A DNA stretch of 61,562 bases, the filler included. It is 7 parts of 7 records of this genome, joined end to end, with 100 filler letters (N's around TTAATTAATTAA, not from the genome) between each part and the next. Parts side by side here need not be neighbours in the genome. Positions count along the whole stretch, not along the records: positions 38,526 to 44,401 come from SRR31147125_15223; positions 44,502 to 56,170 come from SRR31147125_15248; 5 more parts are not named here. One strand, given 5' to 3'. The notes under the pieces are model-generated. The model worked only from the letters and a program-made list of their open reading frames with translations, was not told where the DNA came from and did not search any database. Shown piece by piece: positions 39,208 to 50,951 of the stretch. Numbering within the stretch: position 1 is the first letter of the stretch; every line of letters starts with the position of its first letter. The position numbers and the translations under genes were made by a program.

Positions 39208-40080
39208 ATGTTTAATAAAGCTATTAAAATTAGATTTTTCTATCTTAAGCTCGTTTTTCCAGTAATTTGGAAAATTTTAATTCCGGTACGTTATTACATG
39301 AAAAAGTTTCCAATTCAAAAAGGAAAGGGATTATTGCTACGCTATATAGTAAAGCCTGTTCTTCCGGGAGAACATTGTAAATTTGATTTAATACTTCCGA
39401 CAAAAAATAAAATCAGTTTGAAATATCGCGAGACACTAGGTTTGTCTAGCTTGTTGTATGGCACTTTCGAAAAGCACGAATTAGAATTTGTGAATAAATT
39501 CCTTAGTCCAGGAGAAATATCTTTTGATATAGGGGCTAATGTTGGTATATTTTCTATTGTTATGGCAGAAACTGTAGGTAAAAATGGTAAGGTTGTGGCT
39601 TTTGAACCTGTAAAAGATAATTTGTTGAGATTAAAAAACAACATTAAAAGCAACAACCTTGAAAATGTGATCATATACGAAACTGCTATAGGTGATATAG
39701 ACGGAAAAAAGACATTATCGCTGGCCTCGGATTTGGCATATCCCTCAATTAATGAAGTGCAAGAAAATCTCGGTACAGGAAAAATAGTAAAAGTATCGAT
39801 ACATAGAATTGACACCATATGGAATCAATTAGGTAAACCAAGTGCGACATTGATTAAGATAGATGTTGAAGGTTATGAAATGGAAGTACTGAAGGGCGCT
39901 TCCGAACTGATACAAGCTTGTCGGCCAACTATGATTGTTGAAGCCAACACGAATCGTCATTTTTTAGATATTTATCAATTATTGAAAAAATATGGTTACA
40001 AGTATATTCAACCCAAAGGATTTATGCCTCACAATTATCTGTTTTTCTGTCCGTCCTATAGGGATAATAAAATTGTTTAG
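39208..40080 (+). CDS. FkbM-family methyltransferase
   Basis: FDIGANVG, VVAFEP, IKIDVEGYE. Confidence 0.93.
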   Translation: MFNKAIKIRFFYLKLVFPVIWKILIPVRYYMKKFPIQKGKGLLLRYIVKPVLPGEHCKFDLILPTKNKISLKYRETLGLSSLLYGTFEKHELEFVNKFLSPGEISFDIGANVGIFSIVMAETVGKNGKVVAFEPVKDNLLRLKNNIKSNNLENVIIYETAIGDIDGKKTLSLASDLAYPSINEVQENLGTGKIVKVSIHRIDTIWNQLGKPSATLIKIDVEGYEMEVLKGASELIQACRPTMIVEANTNRHFLDIYQLLKKYGYKYIQPKGFMPHNYLFFCPSYRDNKIV

Positions 40081-40102
40081 GACAAAGATCTATAAGGATT
40101 TT

Positions 40103-41380
40103 ATGCTTACCCCTGCACTACCGGGAGCACTGTATGTAAATGGCATACTAATACTTATTACTTTCGTTTATTATACAGGTATCAGCTGGACTTCAACAAT
40201 TACAAAAATATTTTATATCTTTAACACACTGCTGATTTGTATTTTGTACTTTAATCGAAGGCTCAATATAAAAAAAATTGGGACAGTAGATTGGTTGTTT
40301 TTATTGTTTTATACTCTATTTTTTATTTCACTTTACTTAAAATATATTAATCAGAACTATTTCATAATACAATTTCAGTATTTGTTCTTCATGGTAATTT
40401 GCCCATATCTGTGCGGAAGATTATTCAATAAAAATGATTTAAAACTTTTAATTAATTTCTTTATACTATGTGGTATGTACCTTTTCTTATCAACTTCTTT
40501 TTATTACTTTTCCGAGCAACTACAAAATGAATCTGCTAGAATTATATTTTTTGAGGTTGACCATTGTCCTCTATTGATCGGAATAGCATCTTCAATTTGT
40601 GTTATTTCCTGTTTAGCAAAAAGTTTTTCATCCATTCGAAAGAATTGTTTTGCCTGGTCGGTTGCAGGATACGCTCTAATTGGCTTGTGTCTTATAACAA
40701 TTGTTGTTTCTTGTGCACGGGGTGCCTTGATTGCTTGTTTAGTGAGTTCATTTCTTTATGTAGGATTAGCTGCATGGAAAACCAAACTTGAGAGGTTAGC
40801 AATTTGTATATATATTTTAGGAGTTACGTTGATTACTTTTACCTTCCTACCAAGTTCGCAAGTATTATTTTACAAAAAGATAATAGATACACCGGCAATT
40901 AGCAGTGAGTTCCATGAAATAGAAATAGAAGGTTTAGGTCCGATTTTAGGCAACGAAAGTTGCAAACCGGTTTTAGAAAACAATAATTCAATAGCAATAA
41001 GAAAACTTATTTTAAAAGAAGTATTTGCAATGATTAAATCCTCTCCGGTTTTCGGTGTCGGAGCATCAAACTTTGGATATTTTTCTTGTATTGGTCCAGG
41101 AGGTAATCCACACAGCACAATCATGCAAGCTACTTCCGAGTTAGGCCTTACTGGCGGTTGTACATACGTGGTAGTAATTATATTCTTATCAATCACAATT
41201 ATTAAACGCAGCTGCGAATGTAAATCAAATTATGATCGTAGTTGGGCTTCCTACGTATTTTCGATGTTAATATTCTATGTTATTATCGAACAATTTTATG
41301 GCAATTTGGCAATGAGTTCTGGTGTACCATTATTCGCTGGTATAATATCTAATATGCGCTCCAATAAAGAAATGTTATGA
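40103..41380 (+). CDS. O-antigen ligase/polymerase (Wzy_C) family membrane protein
   Basis: About 10-12 TM; SCARGALI, SIAIR, PVFGVG, PHS..SELGLTG motifs. Confidence 0.85.
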   Translation: MLTPALPGALYVNGILILITFVYYTGISWTSTITKIFYIFNTLLICILYFNRRLNIKKIGTVDWLFLLFYTLFFISLYLKYINQNYFIIQFQYLFFMVICPYLCGRLFNKNDLKLLINFFILCGMYLFLSTSFYYFSEQLQNESARIIFFEVDHCPLLIGIASSICVISCLAKSFSSIRKNCFAWSVAGYALIGLCLITIVVSCARGALIACLVSSFLYVGLAAWKTKLERLAICIYILGVTLITFTFLPSSQVLFYKKIIDTPAISSEFHEIEIEGLGPILGNESCKPVLENNNSIAIRKLILKEVFAMIKSSPVFGVGASNFGYFSCIGPGGNPHSTIMQATSELGLTGGCTYVVVIIFLSITIIKRSCECKSNYDRSWASYVFSMLIFYVIIEQFYGNLAMSSGVPLFAGIISNMRSNKEML

Positions 41381-42210
41381 TAAATAAAGTCATGAGAGCT
41401 AATGGCTATCCAAAAATATCCATTATCACACCCAGTTATAATCAAGCTGAATTTCTTGAACGTACAATTCTATCAGTTATCGAACAAAATTACCCGAATT
41501 TAGAATACATAATTATCGATGGAGGGTCGACCGATGGAAGTTGTAATATAATAGAACAATATTCAGATCATATTGCATTTTGGGAAAGCAAGAAAGATAA
41601 CGGACAGGCACATGCTATAAATAAGGGATTGAAAATTTCAACGGGAGAATGGGTGGGTTGGCAAAACTCCGATGACATATATTATCCAGGAGTGTTTCAC
41701 CATTTAGCTGATACAATCGTTTCAAATAGAAGAAAAGATTTAATCATTGGAAATATTAATATGATTGATCGATTCGATAATGTCATCCGAGACATTAAAT
41801 ATGTTCGTCCCTGCTACAGAGGTTTACTTTCTGAAGGAATGGTATTGGCGAATCAAAGCGCATTTTGGAGAAGAGATATACATAATAAACTTGGATGGAT
41901 TAATGAAGGATATACATGTTCTTTTGATTATGAATGGTTTCTTAGGGTAACTCAAAGATGTAGAGCTCTTCATGTAAATTCTACATGGGGCGGTTTTCGT
42001 ATTCATGAAAATGCCAAAACGAGCAACATAACAAGACACTTCACAGATGAAAATCAATATATCCTTTCAGGAAGAAATTTACCATACGGTATTATATCAT
42101 TATACAAATTAAGAAGAATATTATTACTGCTTTTAAAAGGAAATGTTTACTATGTTATAAGAGGCATTAGCCGCAGACTAAGTGGAAAAGATAAAGGATT
42201 AACTGAATAA
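41377..42210 (+). CDS. Glycosyltransferase family 2
   Basis: ISIITPSYNQ, IIIDGGSTDGS, AINKG, NSDD. Confidence 0.93.
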   Translation: MINKVMRANGYPKISIITPSYNQAEFLERTILSVIEQNYPNLEYIIIDGGSTDGSCNIIEQYSDHIAFWESKKDNGQAHAINKGLKISTGEWVGWQNSDDIYYPGVFHHLADTIVSNRRKDLIIGNINMIDRFDNVIRDIKYVRPCYRGLLSEGMVLANQSAFWRRDIHNKLGWINEGYTCSFDYEWFLRVTQRCRALHVNSTWGGFRIHENAKTSNITRHFTDENQYILSGRNLPYGIISLYKLRRILLLLLKGNVYYVIRGISRRLSGKDKGLTE

Positions 42211-44086
42211 TGTGCGGAATCTTAGGCTATATTTCAAAAAGCACACTCGAAAAAACATACCAATTTGAAAGAGCATTAAAATTAATGCAGCATAGGGGTC
42301 CAGATAATTCCGGAAAATTACAATCAGAGTGCTACATCCTGGGACACAACAGATTATCCATAATCGATTTAAGCGTTTCAGGTAATCAACCGATGGTTGA
42401 TAACAACACAGGATTAATCATTGTTTATAATGGAGAGATATATAACTACATAGAATTGCGCGACGAATTAAGTAACTATGGGCATATATTCAAAACGGAA
42501 AGTGACACAGAAGTTTTGCTTAAGGCATATATTCAATGGGGAGTCCACTGTATAGAGAGATTAAACGGAATGTGGGCATTTGCTATTTGGCATCCAAATA
42601 AAAAAGATATTCATCGCGCGCGATAGATTTGGTATTAAACCTTTATATTACAGAAGTTCTAAGGGAGAATTTGCGTTTGCGTCTGAACCTAAGGCATTAC
42701 TTTCCATGTTTGCTGAAAACAGAATAGTAAATGAGGGTGCTCTATATGAATTTCTAACAATGGGAAATTTGTATTCTGGTGAAGATTCTTTTTATAAGGG
42801 AATCAATGTGCTGCAGCCATCGCACTGCGCTGTTTTCGATTTGACGAATAATTGCTTCAAAAAGTGGCGTTATTGGAAATTTCCCCATAAATATGAAGAG
42901 TCAAAGTGCGCTGAGGAAGAGGCGGAATACTTCTATCAACTTTTCGAAGATGCCGTCAGAGTAAGGCTTAGAAGCGATGTGCCAGTTGGTATCACATTGT
43001 CAGGAGGTCTCGACTCTACTGCTGTATTGGCCGCAGCAGTAAATACTGGCGCTCGATCAATAACCTGTTTTACATCTGTTTACGGCAATAATGAAATTGG
43101 GGAATCGTTATGGGCTGCAAAAGCAACTTCAAAATATGGAATACAACCGATAGAAGTAGAAGCTCCTTATGAAAACTGGTACGATACAATGGAAAAAATT
43201 GCATGGCATATGGATGGACCTGGTTACTCGCCAGCAGTTTATCCATTGTGGCATTTAATGAAAGCCTCAAGAAAAATGGGAATAACTGTTTTGCTGGAAG
43301 GTCAAGGCGCGGATGAAGCGTTAGGCGGCTATCCACAATATTCAATATTGCAACTTATGAGTAATGCTCATAGGTTGATTAAACAACCGAGTATTGAAAA
43401 ATTTATTAATATAAAGAAATTTTGGAAACAATTGGTTAACACTTTTACCCTAAGATGGTCAGTCCTTTGGTTATTACGAGAATGTATGCCATGGTTGGTA
43501 GACTATTACAGAAAATCAGCTGGTGCCGCTTCAACCTTAAGACCAGAGTTTTATAATAAATGGAACCATTTATTGAGAAGTAGAGGAGAATCACCTACGC
43601 CTGAAGGGACAGATATTGTCACTAAAAAGGCTTATGATGGATCACTCCGTAAATATTCTTCCAGGACTTTTACACTATGGCGATGCTATTAGTATGGCAC
43701 ATGGCGTTGAGTCTAGGTTACCTTTTATGGATTTTCGTATCGTTGAATTTCTATTTTCAAGGCCAGATGATATAAAAATTAGACACGGCAAAACGAAATG
43801 GTTACTGAGAAAATATTTATATGAACAAGGCCAGTACATAATTGGAGATAGAAAAGATAAACAGGGTTATCCTACACCGGCAGAAAGATGGCTTTCAAAA
43901 GATGCAGGGAAAATGGCCAAAAATGTGCTTTTATCAAAAAATGCATGCATCCACGAATACTGTTCTCCTAAATTGATTAAAAAGCTTATTGATAGGCACA
44001 TAAGTGGACATCCGACTGCTGGTCACCATGTCTACAGACTATTTAGCACAGAAATTTGGCTAAATTCATTAACACATTCAATGTAA
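42210..44086 (+). CDS. asnB: Asparagine-synthase-like glutamine amidotransferase, two frameshifts (near 42600 and 43625)
   Basis: MCGI, HRGPD, RLSIID, NGEIYN; ARDRFGIKPLY; LSGGLDS, EGQGADE; ESRLPFMD. Both breaks lie in A-runs. Confidence 0.9.
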
Positions 44087-44152
44087 TGATTTAGTCGTAA
44101 TTATTCGTTCTAAGTAGATCTGAAAAAATAAAAATAGGTGATTTATCAGGTT

Positions 44153-44401
44153 ATGACAAACAAATATAAAAGTAAGTACGCCCCTATAGCTATATTTATA
44201 TATAAAAGACCAGAGCACACACAAAAGACCATCGAATCATTAAATAGGTGTAAAGAAATACAACAAAGTAATGTATATGTTTTTTGCGATGGCCCTAAAT
44301 CATTTGATGAAAAAATGTTCACCGATAAAGCCCGTGCAGTAGCACACCAATTGTTAGATAAGAATGCAACATATGTAGAGTGTGAAAGTAATAATGGTCT
44401 A
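44153..44401 (+). CDS. Glycosyltransferase (GT-A fold), 3'-truncated
   Basis: APIAIFIYKRPEHT..VYVFCDGPK..NNGL. Confidence 0.8.
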
Positions 44402-44501
44402 NNNNNNNNNNNNNNNNNNNNNNNNNNNNNNNNNNNNNNNNNNNNTTAATTAATTAANNNNNNNNNNNNNNNNNNNNNNNNNNNNNNNNNNNNNNNNNNN
44501 N
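44402..44501. other. Artificial contig linker
   Basis: Ns + TTAATTAATTAA. Confidence 0.98.
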
Positions 44502-44580
44502 TTTTTTCTTTCATAAAAACAACAAGTTACAGCACTAAGAAAGGTCATTTGTTTTTGCGTGACTCCAAAGGAGGTATTTT

Positions 44581-45405
44581 TTGTTTTTTATCTATTTTCC
44601 TTGTGCGCTACTTACATCCATTGTTGTCTATTTTGACTCGGTCAAACAAAAAATGCCCATGTGGTGGTCTCCGCTTGTATTTTTTGCTCCGGCAGTTACG
44701 CCTCTCTATCTAATCAAAACTCGAAAGAAAAAGAGTCTTCTGTCTATTTCAATGTTTCTGTTGATTTTCTCATTGGTTATTGTTGGAGAGGCTTTCTTCT
44801 TTTCAAACATGAAAGAGAAAAAAGTGTTGGAAAGTCACTCGCCCGCAGTCAGGGAAGTGATTGGAATGGCTGATTTGATTGCAGACCTCGTCGAGTACAT
44901 CAACACCTATACGGAAAAGCTCGAAGACTCGAGCGGCGTCGGTGCATCACCGGATAGTATCTATGAAACCCTCAAATTTGTGAAATCCATGCAGGTTTTG
45001 ATGAAGGATCATAGTGACGCCGTCGCCAACTTCAATGGGGCTGCCAGGGAATATCGGAATCGGTTAAAGGCGGAGAATCTGACGTGGATGCTGAGCCTCG
45101 AGAGATATTATAGAGACAGAGTCGTTATAAAATACTTGAAGAGCCTTGCTCTGTATCTCCAGGCATTTATCTCTCTTCTGGAGTATACGGCTGAGCATTT
45201 TGATGAGATTCAGGCAAGGGATGTCAAGTATCGAAAAAATTACGATAGTTATTATATGAAATATGTAAGGGCCCTGGACAGACACGATCGAATCGATGTG
45301 GTGCGGATGCGGTATCAGCACAACTTTGTGAGAAAATATCCGCAACTATCCCCGTATCTGCCCAGAATTCTGGAAACCCGGTTTGTCAATATCTGGAAGA
45401 AATAG
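44581..45405 (+). CDS. Hypothetical membrane protein with helical C-terminal domain
   Basis: GGAGG RBS before TTG; three N-terminal hydrophobic segments; long helical region. Confidence 0.75.
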   Translation: MFFIYFPCALLTSIVVYFDSVKQKMPMWWSPLVFFAPAVTPLYLIKTRKKKSLLSISMFLLIFSLVIVGEAFFFSNMKEKKVLESHSPAVREVIGMADLIADLVEYINTYTEKLEDSSGVGASPDSIYETLKFVKSMQVLMKDHSDAVANFNGAAREYRNRLKAENLTWMLSLERYYRDRVVIKYLKSLALYLQAFISLLEYTAEHFDEIQARDVKYRKNYDSYYMKYVRALDRHDRIDVVRMRYQHNFVRKYPQLSPYLPRILETRFVNIWKK

Positions 45406-48400
45406 CTTTCTGATCCATTGACGCGGGGGTGCCGAATTGTGTCTCCTTTCCATACTGCAGGAAGGGAATGATCACTCGATTTTTATTCCCACCCAGCGCA
45501 TCGTAGGTGACGCTGACTACGGGAACGCCGGTTGTTTTCTCGATCTTGGCGGCCATGGCCTCCGTCACCAGTCCTGGACAGCAAAATGAGGGGCTGGTCT
45601 GAACGAACAGGGCCAGATCGGGATGGGCTTTCATGGTGTAGTGAATCTTCAATAGATTGTCCATGGACTCACCGGTGTGTTCCGGTAGCAACCCGTATTG
45701 TGACAGAACAGATTCAAATGGGTCGTTGTAGCTGTAATCCGGCGCGTCGAACAACGGCTCGAAGTGGCGGTAATATCTTTTTTCCATCTGGGTCATGGCG
45801 GTTAGAAGCGCTTTGTAAGACAGTAGGCTGAGATATTTTCCCTCCTTGAACCACTTTTTGAAATAAGATCCGGCGATCATCTTGGCAAATCGGTAGTAAG
45901 GCGTTGTCACCACCTCTCCTCCGTTTTTCTCAATGAAGTGGATCAAATCTTGATTCATGACATCGTTGTCTCGAACGTACATATCTCCGAAAATTCCCAC
46001 TTTGGGTCGATTTCCCCTGGGATGGGTTTCGATTTTCTCAAAGAAACTCAAGGCGATTTTCAAAGTTTCCTCACGATCGCTTTTTCCTTCAAATGCCATG
46101 GTGAGAATATCCACCGCCTGCTGAATGGCGCGGTCCGTCTCCCCTTTGATTTTTTCATATGGCCTGATTTTGCATCCAAGGGATCGGATGAGTCCCCCGA
46201 ACATATACGAAAAATAGGCATTGACGGCAGCTCCCATGGAGATTTCACTGAATGAGAGCTCCCCTTTATAGACGGCGGCACGATCCAGTCGGATCGGTTT
46301 CTCATCTGCTTCAGAGGGGCTGCAATTGTCCGACTTCTCGTTTTTTGAAGTGGTTAAATCGGTTTGCACGCCATCGGTATCCACGGAAGAGGCGGATGAG
46401 AGAATCGATTTGATATGATGGGGATAGAGCTTGATGTTGCAGGCAATTTCGGATTTGCTGATCCACAATACGCACTTTTCCGGATCCAGCCCATGGTTGC
46501 GCATGGTCTGAGCATATCCACTGGCAATGGCATTGAGAGGAATACATTGGCCGGTATTGGTTTTCAGGCTCTGTTTTATGGTGTCCGGCGTCTCCTCCAT
46601 GAGGACGGCATCGAATCCTTCGCCCCTGAGGGTGGCAGCCAGAAAGTGACAGGTGATGGCGTCCCAGTTGGGCATGATGACGGTTTTGCCTTCCATGGTG
46701 GATGCAAAGTCCGGATTGAAGGGGGCCAGGTTGACGCTGGGTCGCAGGGTACCATGGGTGTTGAAGTTTCTAAATGCCCGAATGGCAGCTTCAATACGGG
46801 TCTCATATCCGACACTGGAATCGTGTTCATCCAATTCAAGGACCAGGTAGGGTTTATCATGGGCTTCCATGATTTTTTTGAAGTAGTCCACCCCAAATGA
46901 GTCCGGTGTGCATTTGAAGGAGGTGATGTAGACCGGAAAGAGGTTGGGAGTCCGGGCTGCCGTAAGGGTTGCCTTGAGAATGGTGGCGGCGTGCTCCCAG
47001 TGGATTTCCTTCAAAAGCGGATCAATCTCGGTATAGTCTTGATTTGTCAGGTCCAGCATGTCCTGGAAGAAGGCGTTGACGCCAAGGGATGAGAAGATGT
47101 CCGGGATTTTGCTGTTCAAAGAATCCGAAAGGATCGTGTAAGGACGTCCCAACAGTACGACAGCAATATCATCGGATGGTTGGGGTGTTTTTCCTTTTCT
47201 GCCCTGTGTTCCTGATTTTTCTATTTGTCCTGCTTTTATTTTTTCCTGATTGCGATGCCCATGGGGTTTTGTTTGTTTTGTTCTGTTTATTCCGGTTATA
47301 CCACTCTTCATCTCGGTGGTGTAAATGGATTTAAGCTGAGCAATCGCCCCTTTTTCCACTCCAGCGCTTTGTCGTGGGCGCTTGTGATGTCGAAAAAACT
47401 GATGGTGGCACCGGGGATTTTCTTTAACGCTTTATACAGCTCTATCTTTGTATAGAAATTGGTATAAAGATCTTTGACCACCGGGGCAATCAGTCGATCT
47501 TTGTCAACACCGGGAGTGGAAGCGATGACCACCGGGGTATATTGGGTATAATAACAGTACTGTCGTCTCAGTTTTTTCTCTTTGGTTTTGTTCTCAAAGT
47601 AGTAGGGCAAAAAGACATAGTCCGCCTGCTCCATAAGATAATCCACATGACCGTGGACGGAGGTGACCGGTGTACAAAATTCGGCATTGGCAAGGGCTCT
47701 GCCGCGACTGACCGGTGCCGGCATTTTTTCACTGCTGACGGTTTTTACGCCCAGATAGTTGAAAAAGACCCGCCAGAAGTCGAGATCTTCCACCATATGG
47801 AGGGCTGCCGGTAGTCCCAGCGTAAAGGGATGCTTTACCGGGGAGGGGTGGGGCAGGGTAACCGCTTTTTTTCGTGCCTTCAAGAGATGAAAGCTCTTTT
47901 CTTTGGCCACAAAGTGGTCGGTGTCATAATCGCGTCCACACAGAAATCCAAATGCTACGGTCTCCTGGAGCATCTCGACAACGGTCAGCTTGCAATGGTT
48001 GGTGCAGAGCCGGCATGTCTCCTGACGGACCGGTATGTTCTGCTGCCACAGATCAAATCCTCTGAATTCGGATGAAAAGGTGGTTGCCATTTGGGATGAG
48101 ACGGGAGCATGCCCTTCATGCCCCTGACCATTGATCTCCGTGTCTGAAAATATTTCTTTCTTTGCAGACGCTTCCAGTCGTTCAACCGTCATCAAAGAAT
48201 GATCGTTTTGAAGGTCTTTCAATGTCAGCGCCACGCCAAGGGCACCTGTGAGATGACAATAGCGGGAAACATGGATGGGCTTTTTAAGCCGTTGTTCAAA
48301 GGCCGCAACCAGTGCCCGGTTTTTGGCGGTGGCCCCTTGGAAAAGAATGGTCTCCCCGATTTTGGCTTCCGTGGCCACTTTGGTCATGTAGTTGTCCCTG

Positions 48401-50131
48401 ACCGAGTGAAGGGCGGATGCCAGGACTTCGTCCACACTGTATCCTTCGGAGAGAAAATGGTTCATGTCCCGTTCCATAAAGACGGTGCATCGATCACTTG
48501 AAACCGGTGATTTGACCGATTCGGTTCGGGACGAGTATTCCGAAAGGGGGCATCCCAGCTTGGATGCCTGCTCTTCGATGAAACTGCCGGTGCCGGCCGC
48601 ACACACCGTATTCATGAACGATGAGGTGACCACGCCGTTTTTCATGGTGGTGAATTTGGCATCTTGCCCACCGATTTCGATGATGGTGTCCACTTCATGA
48701 TTGAGCTCGTATGCCGCTCTGGAATGGGCTGTAATCTCGTCTAAAACCAGATCGGCACCGATGATTCCGGCGGACAGCTTTCTGCCGGATCCGGTGGTAC
48801 CGCACCCCTTCACCTTGAAATTGAGATCGTAGTCTGCGATGAAGTGATCCAGGGCTTTAAAAAGTGCCTGCACGGCCTGCACCGGCCTTGACGCGGTTCG
48901 GGTGTAAAATCCGGCCACCACAATGCCGTCGTCGGTGACTACAATACCTTTGGTGCTGGTGGAACCGACGTCGAGTCCCAAGTAACAGCCGATACTGCCT
49001 CCGTCTGCACCATCTGTCCGGTCCGTTCGCGTTGTTTGGACCGAAGCGTCGCGCTGAAGGGGGGTGTGGGGGGATTATCCGACGATGGCACGGGGGAGGG
49101 GGAGAAAGAGGATAATGATACTGGATCAATGTAGATGTCCGTCTCCACATTTTCAAACATGTACTGTTTAAAACCGGTGAAATCGGGATACTCCGAAAGA
49201 AGAAGATCCAATTTCGGATAGAAAAATTTATGTTGGGTTTCCTTCTCTGCCACCAATGCTAAAGGTGAGGTGAGGGGAAACTGAGGGGGTTGGATCCCTC
49301 GTTCATCAGAGGATCGTCCGGTAAGCCCAAGGCATCGACATCACGATGGGATCGTCGCTCCAGCTCATCTGCAAGGCAAAGGGCGGCGCCGACGGCACCG
49401 TAGAGATGGGAATAGTCGTCACGGATTAGCGGATGCCCCACAATGGATTCGATATGGGATTTAACCGATTCGTTTCGGGAGACGCCGCCGCTGAAAATGA
49501 TGGGAATACGGATCTCCTCGTTGGTAAAGAGCGTGTTGAAGATGTTTTTGGCAAGCCCTTTACAAAGTCCGTCGCAAATTTGAGGAACGGAAAAACCCTC
49601 TTGCTGAGCATGGATAAGATCGGTTTTTGCAAATACGGCACATCGGGTGGCAATATCCGGGATCTCCAGATCATTTTCAAATGCCGCTTGACTCAGTTCC
49701 TGTGGGGAAAGCAGCCCCAAACGGGTGGATTGTTGATCTAAAAAGCTACCCGTACCAGCTGCGCAGGACGTATTGTTTTTGGCGCCGCAGTAGGTTTGAT
49801 CTTCGTCAAACAAACTTAAACTGAATCGCTCCCCTCCGACATGGAGGATGGAGCCGATGGTGTCATGATAGTGGCGAGCGGCTCTGATAATGGCAACCTG
49901 ATCATCATAGTGGGCGTTTTTTTTGATGGTCGAAGGGGTGGCGTCGGTGACGGAAACGTGACTGAATTGCGTCGGATCGATGCCGCTAAGGGCCTTTTCA
50001 AGCCCCTGCGCCACATTTCCATGGTGGAATGCCGATCCATGGCAGACCACCTCCTTTTCAGCATTGATACCGGCAACGGATACGGACACGGAGCCGATAT
50101 CGATTCCCAGGACGATGTCTTTATTTTCCAT
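45386..50131 (-). CDS. Giant acyl-CoA dehydratase activase (two BcrAD/BadFG ATPase domains plus DUF2229-like domains), three frameshifts
   Basis: GIDIGSVS and GLDVGSTS; two CAAGTGSF motifs; RCAVF/RCTVF; CRLCTNHC; FKCTPD..ELDEH..ETRIEA. Breaks near 49280, 49065 and 47350 lie in C/G/A runs. Confidence 0.88.
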
Positions 50132-50133
50132 GG

Positions 50134-50607
50134 CTAGATTTTCTCCTTCACTTCGTTCCAAAACGCATTGACGCCGCGACGCCATCCGTCAAGGAACAAT
50201 TTTCCGTATTTGTTTATATGATCCGTAGAAATTTCAATGAAATGGTCTGATTCTGAAAAATCACTGAAGTAATGTCCCAGTGTCTCATCTTTTGCCATCT
50301 GTCCGGCGTCCTTCAATTCCAATGCATTCATCAGATCTTCATAATGGGCGCTTTTGGCCCATTGAACCCCTTGCATCTTCCCTTTTTCCGAATAATTTCC
50401 TTCGGATTGCTTTTTTTCATGCTTCAGTCGTTCAATGATTTGAGCCATGTCATGGTCTTCTTGAAGTCTTTTCTGAAATTCCTCTTTTTTGTGGATCGCC
50501 TCCGTCAATGCATCCTGAAACATCTTGGAAAGGTTGAATGATTTTCTCCACTCTTCCATTTTTTCATACAGCATGTCAGGGATGCTGAGGGTAATTTTTC
50601 GTGTCAT
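50134..50607 (-). CDS. Ribbon-helix-helix (CopG/CcdA-like) N-terminal domain protein, probable regulator
   Basis: MTRKITLSIPDMLYEKM..NLSKMFQDAL strand-helix-helix pattern; stop lies 2 nt before the activase start. Confidence 0.7.
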   Translation of the reverse strand: MTRKITLSIPDMLYEKMEEWRKSFNLSKMFQDALTEAIHKKEEFQKRLQEDHDMAQIIERLKHEKKQSEGNYSEKGKMQGVQWAKSAHYEDLMNALELKDAGQMAKDETLGHYFSDFSESDHFIEISTDHINKYGKLFLDGWRRGVNAFWNEVKEKI

Positions 50608-50712
50608 AAGATAAGGATCCTTTCCCCATGTCGGGATGGCCAGTAATACCGACAACCGGTTTTTTTGGAGGGGATGGCTGATAAATTGAAAAGAAAATTA
50701 TGTGTTTAATAT

Positions 50713-50792
50713 TGAATACGTATTGTGTTTATTTGGTGGTGTCAATAAAAATATGTTGACTGATTGGTGGAAATCGGAATGAATACATATTG
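50713..50792. promoter_or_regulatory. Divergent promoter region with a repeated 13-bp motif
   Basis: TGAATACGTATTG (50713-50725) and TGAATACATATTG (50780-50792) flank back-to-back -35 hexamers (TTGACA on minus at 50745-50740, TTGACT on plus at 50756-50761). Confidence 0.45.
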
Positions 50793-50951
50793 AAATCGTT
50801 GGGTAGCACGCAATAGGCTATTTGGAGGATGGAAAAAAATGTAAGGCTTTTTTTGATGGGTATGATACTATCGCTCAATGTGTGACTGGCCTGTTTATTG
50901 CAAAAAATAATGCATCTTTTTTTAAATAACTTAAATACCGGAAAGGCAAAG

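Noticed and set aside
38699-43602. 15-bp exact match GAATCACCTACGCCT at 38699-38713 and 43588-43602
   Set aside because: Both copies are inside coding sequence (ESPTP) with no mobile-element features; compatible with chance.
49058-49110. G-rich tract as a G-quadruplex or programmed frameshift/phase-variation site
   Set aside because: It encodes a Pro/Ser linker on the minus strand, and the break matches the window-wide homopolymer error pattern.
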